The position numbers and the translations under genes were made by a program. From Mycobacteriales bacterium (lineage in GTDB: Bacteria > Actinomycetota > Actinomycetes > BP-191), in assembly GCA_035645255.1 (NCBI GenBank), contig DASQMY010000428.1:1-44180 (forward strand): 44,180 nt of DNA, written 5' to 3'. The notes under the pieces are model-generated. The model was given only the letters and a program-made list of their open reading frames with translations. It was not told the DNA's origin and made no database searches. Position 1 is the stretch's first letter. The number at the start of each line of letters is the position of its first letter. Of this stretch, positions 15,559 to 24,108 are shown piece after piece.

Positions 15559-16452
15559 ATGACCGGTCTCCCGGCCACGACCGACCACCTCCCCCGCCGC
15601 TTCGGCGGAGTCGTCCGCGCCGTCGCCGTACCGCTGCTGCTGGCCCTCGTCGTGTCGGCCGGCGCCACCGGCACCGTGCGCATCAAGCGGGGCGACACGC
15701 TCTGGTCGCTCGCGCAGCGGCACGGCACGACGGTCCAGGCGCTGCGCGAGCTCAACGGGATCCCGGGTAACAGCACCCTGATCATCGCCGGGCGGCTGCT
15801 GAAGGTGCCGGCGAAGACGGCCAAGCCGGCCGCACCGGCACCGAGGACGCATACCGTCAACCGCTACCACACCGTCGTCCGCGGCGACTCGCTGATCGCC
15901 ATCGCCCGCCGCTACGGCAAGACGCCGAAATGGGTCTCCGCCAAGAACAACCTGCCCGCGTCCGGCGTCGTTCTGCTCGGCGCCCGCCTCATCGTCGGCA
16001 CCGCGCCCGGTACGGCGGCGCGCGAGGCGGCGCGGCCGCCCGCCCGCGAGGTCTCCCGGGACCGGGTGAAGGCGCTGATCCGCGCCGAGGCGCGCCGCGC
16101 CCGCGTCGACCCGGAGCTCGCGCTCGCGCTCGCCTACCTCGAGTCCGGCTTCCAGCAGCGGGTCGTCTCGCACGCCGGCGCCATCGGCGTGATGCAGGTG
16201 ATGCCGGAGACCGGCAAGTGGGTCGGCAGGTACCTCGTCGGCCGCCCGCTCGACCTGCACGACGTCGAGGACAACGTCGTCGCCGGCGTCCGCTACATCG
16301 CAATGCTGATCCGCATCACCGGCAAGCACTCGAAGGCGCTGGCGGGCTACTACCAGGGCCTGGCGTCGATCCAGCGCAACGGCTTCTACGCCGAGACCAA
16401 GCGGTACGTCGCCAACATCCTCGCCATCCAGCGGCGGTTCGAGCAGGGGTGA
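15559..16452 (+). CDS. secreted LysM-repeat lytic transglycosylase (SLT domain)
   Basis: ORF 15448..16452 trimmed to ATG 15559. It has a signal/TM segment, two LysM repeats (IKRGDTLWSLAQRHG.., VVRGDSLIAIARRYG..) and an SLT catalytic region (YLESGFQQ..AIGVMQVMP). Confidence 0.85.
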   Translation: MTGLPATTDHLPRRFGGVVRAVAVPLLLALVVSAGATGTVRIKRGDTLWSLAQRHGTTVQALRELNGIPGNSTLIIAGRLLKVPAKTAKPAAPAPRTHTVNRYHTVVRGDSLIAIARRYGKTPKWVSAKNNLPASGVVLLGARLIVGTAPGTAAREAARPPAREVSRDRVKALIRAEARRARVDPELALALAYLESGFQQRVVSHAGAIGVMQVMPETGKWVGRYLVGRPLDLHDVEDNVVAGVRYIAMLIRITGKHSKALAGYYQGLASIQRNGFYAETKRYVANILAIQRRFEQG

Positions 16453-16466
16453 CCGTGGTCGCGCCG

Positions 16467-16472
16467 TAGACT
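16467..16472 (+). promoter_or_regulatory. -10 hexamer TAGACT, 8 nt upstream of the kinase GTG
   Basis: The sequence reads TAGACT-gggggccc-GTG(16481). Confidence 0.35.
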
Positions 16473-16480
16473 GGGGGCCC

Positions 16481-18439
16481 GTGGACACCGCAACTGCCGA
16501 CCCCCTCATCGGCGATATCCTCGACGGTCGCTACCGAGTCGACGCTCGGGTGGCCCGTGGCGGCATGGCCACCGTCTACACCGGTTTCGACATCAGGCTC
16601 GACCGGGTCGTCGCGGTCAAGGTGATGCACGCGACGCTCGCCGACGACGACGACTTCGTCGCCAGGTTCCACCGCGAGGCGCGCGCCGCAGCCATGCTCT
16701 CCCACCACAACGTCGTCGCGATCTACGACCAGGGCGAGGACACCGGCCGGGTCTTCCTGGTGATGGAGCACGTCAGCGGCGGCACGCTGCGCGACCGGAT
16801 GCGGGTCGAGGGCCGGCTCTCGCCGGTGGCCGCGCTCGGGGTCATGGAGCCGGTGCTGCAGGCGCTGTCGGCGGCGCACGCGGCCGGGCTGGTCCACCGC
16901 GACGTCAAGCCGGAGAACATCCTCATCACGCCCGGCGGCGCGGTGAAGGTAGCCGACTTCGGCCTCGCCCGCGCGGTGGAGTCGAGCGCCATGACCACCA
17001 CCGGGCTGCTGATCGGCACGGTGTCCTACCTCGCCCCGGAGCAGGTGGTCACCGGCCGCGCCGACATGCGCAGCGACGTCTACGCCGCCGGCATCGTGCT
17101 GTTCGAGATGCTGACCGGCGCGCCGCCGTTCGACGGCGAGACGCCGCTGTCGGTCGCCTACCAGCACGTCAACGACACCGTGCCGCGGCCGTCGAGCGTG
17201 CTGGCCGGCGTGCCCCGCGAGCTGGACGACATCGTGGCGACCGCGACCAACCGCGACCCCGCCGAGCGGCCGGCCGACGCGCGCGAGCTGCTCGCCGCCG
17301 TACGCCGCGCCCAGCTCTCGCTCGACACCGGGCACGAGACGGCGCCGCTCCGGCCGCTGGCCGACGTGCCGACCATCGTGACGCCGCGGACCCGCCGCAC
17401 CCAGCGCGGGACCCCGACCGCGCTGCTCCCGCAGGCGGCTCGGCCGCCGGCGCCGCCGCTGCCGACCGCACACCATCCGGTACGCCGGCGCCGCCGGCCG
17501 TCCGCAGCGACGGTCATCATGCTGGTGCTCGCGCTGCTCCTCGGTGCCGCGGCGCTGGTCGGCTGGCAGCTCGGCAACGACGACGAGACCACTGCCACGC
17601 CGAGCAGGCTGGTCGCGATGCCGAAGCTCGACGGCAGGACGCAGCACGAGGCCGAGGCGCTGCTCGCGGGGCTGCAGATCCGCCCCGACAACATCAAGGT
17701 CGTCGGGTTCTTCCACGAGGACGTGCCCAAGGACGTCGTCTACGACCAGTCGCCCAAGGTCGCCGACCAGCTCGACCCGGCCACGGCCAAGGTGCAGCTC
17801 GTCGTCTCCAAGGGCAAGGACCGCGTCAAGGTGCCGACGCTCACCGGGCTGACCAGGGCCGAGGCGGTCAAGACGCTCAAGGACGCCCGGCTGCGCGAGG
17901 GCGAGATCTTCCTGCGCTACAGCGAGACCGTCCCGGAGGGGACGGTGATCGCCACGGACCCGGTGCAGGGCGTGCTGATCCGGCCCAAGCCCGGCACCGT
18001 CGTCAAGCCGGGCGAGAAGGTCGAGTTCGTCGTCAGCCGCGGCCGCAAGCCGATCAAGGTGCCCGACGTGGTCGGCGCCAAGGCCGACGCCGCCGAGAAG
18101 CGGCTCGAGGGCCTCGGACTGGTGGTGAACGACACCGAGGAGCCGTCGGAGACCGTCACGGCGGGCGTCGTGATCAGCCAGCGGCCGGACAGCGGCACGC
18201 TGTTCAAGGGCGACGCCGTCTCGCTCGTCGTGTCCAAGGGCCCGCCTATGCGGCAGCTGCCCAACCTGGTCGGGCAGCGGCGCGAGGTCGCCGACCGGGT
18301 GCTGCGCGGCCTGGGCCTCATCCCGCTGTTCCGCGACTTCGAAGGCGAGGACGACGGCGGGGAGGTCGTCTTCCGGCAGGAGCCCGGCGCCGGGCAGCTG
18401 GCGGCCAAGGGCAGTGTCATCACCCTGTTCATGGTCTGA
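16481..18439 (+). CDS. Ser/Thr protein kinase with TM segment and four PASTA-like repeats
   Basis: ORF 16481..18439. Hanks motifs are present (VAVKV, HRDVKPEN, DFG, APE). A TM helix spans about residues 345-365. The extracellular part has repeated PASTA-like units (..VPTLTGLTRAEAVKTLKDARL.., ..VPDVVGAKADAAEKRLEGLGL.., ..LPNLVGQRREVADRVLRGLGL..). Confidence 0.9.
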   Translation: MDTATADPLIGDILDGRYRVDARVARGGMATVYTGFDIRLDRVVAVKVMHATLADDDDFVARFHREARAAAMLSHHNVVAIYDQGEDTGRVFLVMEHVSGGTLRDRMRVEGRLSPVAALGVMEPVLQALSAAHAAGLVHRDVKPENILITPGGAVKVADFGLARAVESSAMTTTGLLIGTVSYLAPEQVVTGRADMRSDVYAAGIVLFEMLTGAPPFDGETPLSVAYQHVNDTVPRPSSVLAGVPRELDDIVATATNRDPAERPADARELLAAVRRAQLSLDTGHETAPLRPLADVPTIVTPRTRRTQRGTPTALLPQAARPPAPPLPTAHHPVRRRRRPSAATVIMLVLALLLGAAALVGWQLGNDDETTATPSRLVAMPKLDGRTQHEAEALLAGLQIRPDNIKVVGFFHEDVPKDVVYDQSPKVADQLDPATAKVQLVVSKGKDRVKVPTLTGLTRAEAVKTLKDARLREGEIFLRYSETVPEGTVIATDPVQGVLIRPKPGTVVKPGEKVEFVVSRGRKPIKVPDVVGAKADAAEKRLEGLGLVVNDTEEPSETVTAGVVISQRPDSGTLFKGDAVSLVVSKGPPMRQLPNLVGQRREVADRVLRGLGLIPLFRDFEGEDDGGEVVFRQEPGAGQLAAKGSVITLFMV

Positions 18440-19311
18440 TGCCGCCGCGCAAGCTCTCCCCGGTGGGGGCGCACGTCCTCGTCGCCGGCGGCCTGGCCAG
18501 GACCGGCCTGGCCTACGCCCGCGAGATCGGCGCGGAGGCGGTCCAGGTGTTCGTGTCCAACCCGCGCGGCTGGGCGCAGGCCAAGGGTGACCCCGGGCAG
18601 GACGACGCGTTCGTCAGCGGCTGCGCCGACGCCAAGCTGCCCGTCTTCGTCCACGCGCCCTACCTGGTCAACTTCGGCTCGCCCACCGCGGCCACCCTCG
18701 ACGGCTCGGTGGCCGCGGTGCAGCACTCGCTCGAGCGCGGCCGGGCGCTGTGCGCCCGCGGCGTGGTCGTGCACGCCGGGTCGCAGGTCGCCGGCGGCGG
18801 GTACGACGACGCGCTGCGCCAGGTGCGCGAACGGCTGCGCCCGCTGCTGGACGAGCTGACCGACGACTCCCCCGACCTGCTGATCGAGCTGACCGCCGGC
18901 GGCCGCGGCGCGCTCGCCGGCACGCCGGACCAGCTGCCGGCGTACCTGGACGCCCTGGACTGGCACCCCAAGGTCGGCGTCTGCGTCGACACCTGCCACG
19001 CCATGGCGGCAGGGCACGATTTGGCCGCCCCGGGCGGGATGCGGCGGCTGCTGAGCGCTGTCGCGAAGGCAGCCGGCCGCGGCCGGCTGCGGCTGGTGCA
19101 CGCCAACGACTCCCGTGACCCGGTCGGCTCCGCGCGCGATCGGCACGCCTCGATCGGCCTCGGCACGATCGGGGAGGCGGCGTTCGCCGAGCTGTTCGTG
19201 CACCCGGCGACCAAGGGCGTGCCGGTGCTGATCGAGACGGCCGGCGAGCGCGCCGACCACGTCCGCGACCTCACGGTCCTCAAGCGGCTGCGGGACCAGG
19301 CGCTGCGCTGA
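18439..19311 (+). CDS. nfo: endonuclease IV (AP endonuclease family 2)
   Basis: ORF 18439..19311, with its ATG overlapping the kinase stop (TGATG). The sequence is Nfo/End-like (..VHAPYLVNF.., VVHAG.., CVDTCH.., HANDS). Confidence 0.85.
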   Translation: MPPRKLSPVGAHVLVAGGLARTGLAYAREIGAEAVQVFVSNPRGWAQAKGDPGQDDAFVSGCADAKLPVFVHAPYLVNFGSPTAATLDGSVAAVQHSLERGRALCARGVVVHAGSQVAGGGYDDALRQVRERLRPLLDELTDDSPDLLIELTAGGRGALAGTPDQLPAYLDALDWHPKVGVCVDTCHAMAAGHDLAAPGGMRRLLSAVAKAAGRGRLRLVHANDSRDPVGSARDRHASIGLGTIGEAAFAELFVHPATKGVPVLIETAGERADHVRDLTVLKRLRDQALR

Positions 19312-19510
19312 GCGGCAGCCCGGTGACGGCGACTCATCCGTTCTGGTGATGAGAGTTGCGGTGTACGGCGTCTGGCGGCCGGGTTGGTTACGGAGAGTAT
19401 TTGTCCATTCACCGCACGACGGCGACGGGGTGAACACGACACATGTACCGGATCTACGACAGCACGACCCGAGCTCCTGCCGCCCGCGCGGCCGAAGGCG
19501 TGAAGTGGGG

Positions 19511-21600
19511 ATGACCGCTCAAGATCCAGCCCGATCTACCGACGCGGCCGACAGGAGGCGCATGAGGCTCCGCCGCCCGCGGGCGCTCGACGTCTTCGTC
19601 GCCGCAGTCAACAGCCTCGGTATCGGCCTGCTGGTCGCGTTCGTCGCCGGGATCGACTTGGCGGCGCTACGCGCGTCCGCGCCGTCGTACCTGCTGCTCT
19701 TCGTGATCCTCGTGTTCGGGGAGCTCGACCGATCGTGGTCGCCCGGGGCGACACCGAGAGCGAAGAGGTGTCGATCTCCAGCACTTTCCGCATGGTGCTC
19801 GTCATGGTCGCGCCGCTCGGTTTCGCGCTGGTCGCGCAGGCCGTGGCGGTCCTCTGCCGACGACGTGCGCCGCCGCGCGCCGCCGTACAAGGCGGCGTTC
19901 AACGTCGCGCAGTACACGCTCACCCTGACCGCCGCGCGCGTCGTCTACGCGGCGACCAGCGGCCGCTCGATCCTCTCCGACACTGCGCCGTTCGAGGCGC
20001 GCGACTTGCTGCCGGCACTCCTCGGCGGTCTGGCCTTCCTGCTGGTCAACAACGGCCTGCTCTCGATCGTGATGGCGCTTGCCAGCGGCACCCGGATCCG
20101 CGCGATGGTGCTGGAGGAGGCGCGCTTCCTCGTGACCAGCGCGATCGTGCTGTCGCTCGCCCCGGTCGTCACCGCGGCGATCTCGTTCTCGATCTGGCTG
20201 ATCCCGCTGCTGCTGCTGCCGATCATCGCGGTGCACAAGGCCGCCGGACTCTCCATCCGCGCGAACGGCAGGCGCTGCACGACGCGCTGACCGGCCTGCC
20301 CAACCGCGCGATGCTCGCGCTGCGGATGCAGCGGGCGCTCGCCGCGTCCGGCCGGCCGACGCCGACTGTCGCCGTCATGATCGTCGACCTCGACCACTTC
20401 AAGGAGATCAACGACACCCTCGGCCACCACGTCGGGGACGAGCTGATCACGGCGGTCGCGGCGCGCCTCGGCGGCGCGGTGCGCGCCGATGACACTGTGG
20501 CTCGCCTGGGGGCGACGAGTTCGCCGTGCTGGCGCCGGGTGTCGACGCCGCCGAGATGGTCCTGCTCGCGGAGCGCATGACCAAGGCGCTCGACGACCCG
20601 TTCACCGTCCAAGGGGTGCGGATCGACGTGCAGGCGAGCATCGGCCTCGCGCTCTCACCGGAGCACGGCAGCGACGGAGAGACGCTGCTGCAGCGGGCCG
20701 ACGTCGCGCTGTACACCGCGAAGGAGCGCCGCGGCTGCCACGCGATCTACCAGCCGGAGAACGACGGGCACACACCCGAGCGGCTGGCGCTGCTCGGCGA
20801 CCTCCGCCGCGGGATCGACGCGCACGAGCTCGTCGTCCACTACCAGCCCAAGTGCGACAGCCGGACCGGCCAGATCGTCGGCGTCGAGGCGCTGGTGCGC
20901 TGGCAGCACCCGAAGCACGGGCTGCTGATGCCGGACGAGTTCATCCCGACCGCGGAGAACACCTGGACTGATCGAGCCGCTGATGATGGAGGTGCTGCGG
21001 CAGTCGATCACCGACTCGAAGCGGTGGAGCGACGCCGGCATCAACCTGAACGTCGCCGTCAACCTGTCGGTGCGGCACCTGACCAACCTCGACCTGCCGG
21101 GGCAGATCGCCGAGATACTGGCCGAGCACGACGTGCCGTCCAGCGTGCTGACGCTCGAGGTCACCGAGAGCACGATCATGGCCGACCCGACGCGAGCGGT
21201 AACCGTGCTGGCGATCCTCCGCGAGCAGGGCATCTCGCTGGCGATCGACGACTTCGGCACCGGCTACTCGTCGCTGTCCTACCTGCGCCGGCTGGCAGTC
21301 GACGAGCTGAAGATCGACCGCTCGTTCGTCAGCCGGATGGCCACCGACGAGCACGACGCGGTGATCGTGCGCTCGACCATCGAGCTCGGCCACAACCTCG
21401 GGCCGCGGGTCGTCGCCGAGGACGTCGAGACCGAGGAGATCTGGCGCCGGCTGCTGCCGCTCGGCTGTGACGTCGTCCAGGGCTACTACATCAGCCATCC
21501 GGTGCCCGCTGCCGAGCTCGAGCGTGTTCGCGCTGCCCGGCGCGACCGTCGGCACGTCGGGCGCGCTGACCCCCGAGCGATGCGATCGGAGCGTGCGTAG
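19511..21600 (+). pseudogene. membrane-sensor GGDEF-EAL (diguanylate cyclase/phosphodiesterase) gene with five single-base indels
   Basis: The homologous, GC3-rich reading runs through ORFs 19346..20290, 19735..20580, 20526..21470 and 20983..21600. Frame changes occur at about 19730, about 19855, about 20250-20262, 20508-20512 (inside the GGDEF codons) and 20964. The motifs ARLG|[13 protein letters not shown] and [10 protein letters not shown] are recognisable. Confidence 0.8.
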
Positions 21601-21602
21601 CC

Positions 21603-22089
21603 GTGCTGGTCGGAGTGCTCGTCGTCCTCAGCGTCCCGCTGCTGGGCGGCCGGCTCGGCTCCCGCTCGCGCTCGGCTCGTAGGTCCTCGTCATCTCGGTG
21701 ATCCCGGACGAACCGCCGGTCGTGCTCGCCGCGATCCACGGGGTGAGCTACCTGCTCGCCGGGACGTTCGTCTGGCTCAACCGGGCGGTGCCTGGAGTAC
21801 CCGTGGCGCTGCGCCGGGCGGGTCTGCCGCTCACCGAGGACGAGCTCTCCAACTCCGTTGTCATCGACGACGCACTGCCCCCTGGCTCGGCGACGTGTTC
21901 GCCGTCCCGGCGAGCATGCCGCTCGCCAACGTGTTCAGCATCGGCGACATCATCATGGCGGCCGCGGCGGCGTACGCCGTCCATCGCGTGTGCGGCACCC
22001 GGCTGGTACGGCGACGCACGACTGCGGCGGCCGCCGAGCCCGCGGCCGCGGCCAGTCACTCCGGACCTTCGCCCGGCAGCTCCTGGTAG
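21603..22089 (+). pseudogene. DUF5317-like membrane protein gene remnant (two frameshifts plus an in-frame TAG)
   Basis: Pieces: VLVGVLVVLSVPLLGGRLGS (from GTG 21603); ..LALGS*VLVISVIPDEPPVVLAAIHGVSYLLAGTFVWLN.. (frame of ORF 21698, TAG at 21680-21682); WLGDVFAVPASMPLANVFSIGDIIMAAAAAYAV (ORF 21895..22089). The family call is from memory of DUF5317 sequences. Confidence 0.45.
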
Positions 22090-22703
22090 GAGTAGCGCTG
22101 CTCGGTCCACGGGTCGGCGGCGTTGTGGTAGCCGCGCTCCTCCCAGAAGCCGCGCCGGTCCCGGGTCATGTACTCCACGCCGCGCGCCCACTTCGGGCCC
22201 TTCCACGCGTAGAGGTGCGGTACGACGAGCCGCACCGGGAAGCCGTGGTCGGGTGTGAGCGGCGCGCCGTTGTGGTGGGTGGCGAACAGCGCGCCCGCGG
22301 CGGCGAAGTCGGCGAGCCGCATGTTGGCCGAGTAGCCGTACTCCGCCCAGACCATGACGTGCGTCGCGTCCGGGGCGGGCGGCGCCAGCTCGAGGACCGC
22401 GCTGGTCGCCACGCCGGCCCAGTCGTTGTCGAGCGTGGAGAACTTGGTGACGCAGTGGAAGTCGGAGTGCGTCCGCGCCACGGGGAGCGCGGTGAACTCG
22501 GCCCAGCTCAGCGTCCGCTCGGTCGCCGTTGCGCCGAAGACGCGGAAGTCCCACCGCTCGGGCCGGAACTTCGGGACCGGCCCGTAGTGCAGCACCGGCC
22601 AGCCGCGCGGGATGTACTGGCCGGGCGGCAGGCGCGTCTCCGGCAAGGACACTCCTTCGGCGGTCGGCGGCACGGCCGGCCGGCCGCCCGCTGATCCTCC
22701 CAC
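22056..22703 (-). CDS. molybdopterin-dependent (sulfite-oxidase-family) oxidoreductase, short form
   Basis: ORF 22056..22703, start uncertain (alternative GTG at 22652). The sequence resembles the Oxidored_molyb domain (..HCVTKFS.., ..GFPVRLVVPHLYAWKGPKW..). Confidence 0.8.
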   Translation of the reverse strand: MGGSAGGRPAVPPTAEGVSLPETRLPPGQYIPRGWPVLHYGPVPKFRPERWDFRVFGATATERTLSWAEFTALPVARTHSDFHCVTKFSTLDNDWAGVATSAVLELAPPAPDATHVMVWAEYGYSANMRLADFAAAGALFATHHNGAPLTPDHGFPVRLVVPHLYAWKGPKWARGVEYMTRDRRGFWEERGYHNAADPWTEQRYSYQELPGEGPE

Positions 22704-22727
22704 TGCGGCGGGCGGGTGACGAAAGCG

Positions 22728-22759
22728 GACGACCCGGCCGCAGGTGCGGCCGGGTCGTC
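22728..22759 (-). terminator. perfect 14-bp hairpin GACGACCCGGCCGC-AGGT-GCGGCCGGGTCGTC
   Basis: Lies 21 nt downstream of the DUF2382 gene stop. On the minus strand it is followed by CGCTTTCG. Confidence 0.5.
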
Positions 22760-22779
22760 GTCGGGCTACGTGCAGCCGG

Positions 22780-23190
22780 TCAGTGGTCGACCCCGCCCAC
22801 GTCGCCCTCGGTCTCGATCTCGACCCGCTCGCGGCGCAGGTCGGCCTCGACCACGTGCTCCTCGGTCGTCGTCTGCTTGCGGATGATCACGCGCTCGCGC
22901 ACGACCAGCCGCTTCTCGACGAAGATCCGCTCCTCGAACACCGGGACCGAGATCGACCCGTCGGGCAGCGTCTCCACCTGGCCGGAGTCGCCGTCGGCGA
23001 TCTCCGTCGAGCGCTCGACGTCGGCGTGCTCGACCCCGCGCGGGACGACCTCCCGGTGCTGGTCGATGTCGACCTCCTTGTGCGCCCGCACCCGGCCCAC
23101 CTCGTGCACCTCGGTCGCGACCGCGAGCTCCTCCTCCGACCGGATGACCTCGAGGTCGTCGCGGGTGTCGGCGCCGCGGCTAGCCGTCAT
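22780..23190 (-). CDS. DUF2382 (YsnF/AvaK) domain protein
   Basis: ORF 22780..23202 with ATG at 23190. It carries the typical RSEEEL.V...V..G.VR..K motif. Its start overlaps the upstream gene's stop by 11 nt. Confidence 0.8.
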   Translation of the reverse strand: MTASRGADTRDDLEVIRSEEELAVATEVHEVGRVRAHKEVDIDQHREVVPRGVEHADVERSTEIADGDSGQVETLPDGSISVPVFEERIFVEKRLVVRERVIIRKQTTTEEHVVEADLRRERVEIETEGDVGGVDH

Positions 23191-24031
23191 GGCTGCTGCC
23201 ACGTCGGGTGCGGTCGGAGACGTCCTGCGTCTCGTCGAAGTCGCGCGCCCGACCCGTCACCGAACCGGGTCCGGTGACGCCGCGCATGCCCTCGTCGGAG
23301 CGCATGGTCGTCGTCTCGGTCCGCGTGGTGTAGGTGTCGGTGTCGATGCCGCCGTTGCGGGTGTAGCTGTCGGTGCGACCGATCGCCCCGTCCCGGGTGC
23401 CGGCGATGAGCTCGTCGGCCTTGCGGTGGTAGCGCGACCCGAGCCGGCCGAACGCCCAACCGGTCAGCAGCAGCAGCGCGACAGCGCCGAGGGCGCCGGC
23501 GATGCCGAGCGGGCCGAACGCGTCGGAGTCGGTGAGGTCACCGAGCCGCACGCCGACGCCGCCGTCCGTCGCCTCGTTGCCGAGGCCGAGACCGGCGGCG
23601 CTGAGACCCGCCAGGGCGAGCACGTACAGCACCGCGGTCAGGATGCCGTTGCGGCCGCCGTCGTAGCGGGCCATCCGGCCGGCCACCCAGGCGCCGAACG
23701 CGGTCGACAGCAGCGCGATGAGCAGCGCCGTGATCGCCGCCCCCGTCGCGAGCGCCGTCTCGTCCTGTGCCCCGGCGGTGTCCGCCACGTCGTCGCCGTA
23801 CCGCAGGAGTCCTGCGGCGGCGAGCAGGCCGCCCAGCAGCACCGACATGCCCAGGGCGGCGAGCGTGCCGGCGACCGCCGCCGGGACGTCGATGCCGCCA
23901 AAGCGACGGTGCGCCTCGCGTACGCCGACGTCGTTGCCGCCGCGACGGACACGTACGTCGGCACCGCGGGTCTCGACCGGTCGGCTTCCTACGCCGGACC
24001 GCTCGAACCGGTCCTCGTTGTCTCTGTCCAT
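23180..24031 (-). CDS. membrane protein (4 predicted TM helices, charged Gly/Thr/Arg-rich tails)
   Basis: ORF 23180..24406 trimmed to ATG 24031, with SD GGAGG 5 nt upstream. Four hydrophobic segments are visible. It is sandwiched between two DUF2382 genes. Confidence 0.65.
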   Translation of the reverse strand: MDRDNEDRFERSGVGSRPVETRGADVRVRRGGNDVGVREAHRRFGGIDVPAAVAGTLAALGMSVLLGGLLAAAGLLRYGDDVADTAGAQDETALATGAAITALLIALLSTAFGAWVAGRMARYDGGRNGILTAVLYVLALAGLSAAGLGLGNEATDGGVGVRLGDLTDSDAFGPLGIAGALGAVALLLLTGWAFGRLGSRYHRKADELIAGTRDGAIGRTDSYTRNGGIDTDTYTTRTETTTMRSDEGMRGVTGPGSVTGRARDFDETQDVSDRTRRGSSHDG

Positions 24032-24108
24032 GTGCACCTCCGGTGCGCTGTGCCGCCGAAGGGGCGCTCCCGTGCGGGTGCGCCCCTTCGTCGGCCTCTG
24101 GTTGCCTC

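Noticed and set aside
20508-20512. G-tract in the GGDEF codons as a phase-variation (slipped-strand) switch
   Set aside because: The tract is only 5-6 nt, far shorter than known contingency tracts. The gene also carries four other independent indels, so reversible switching could not restore function.
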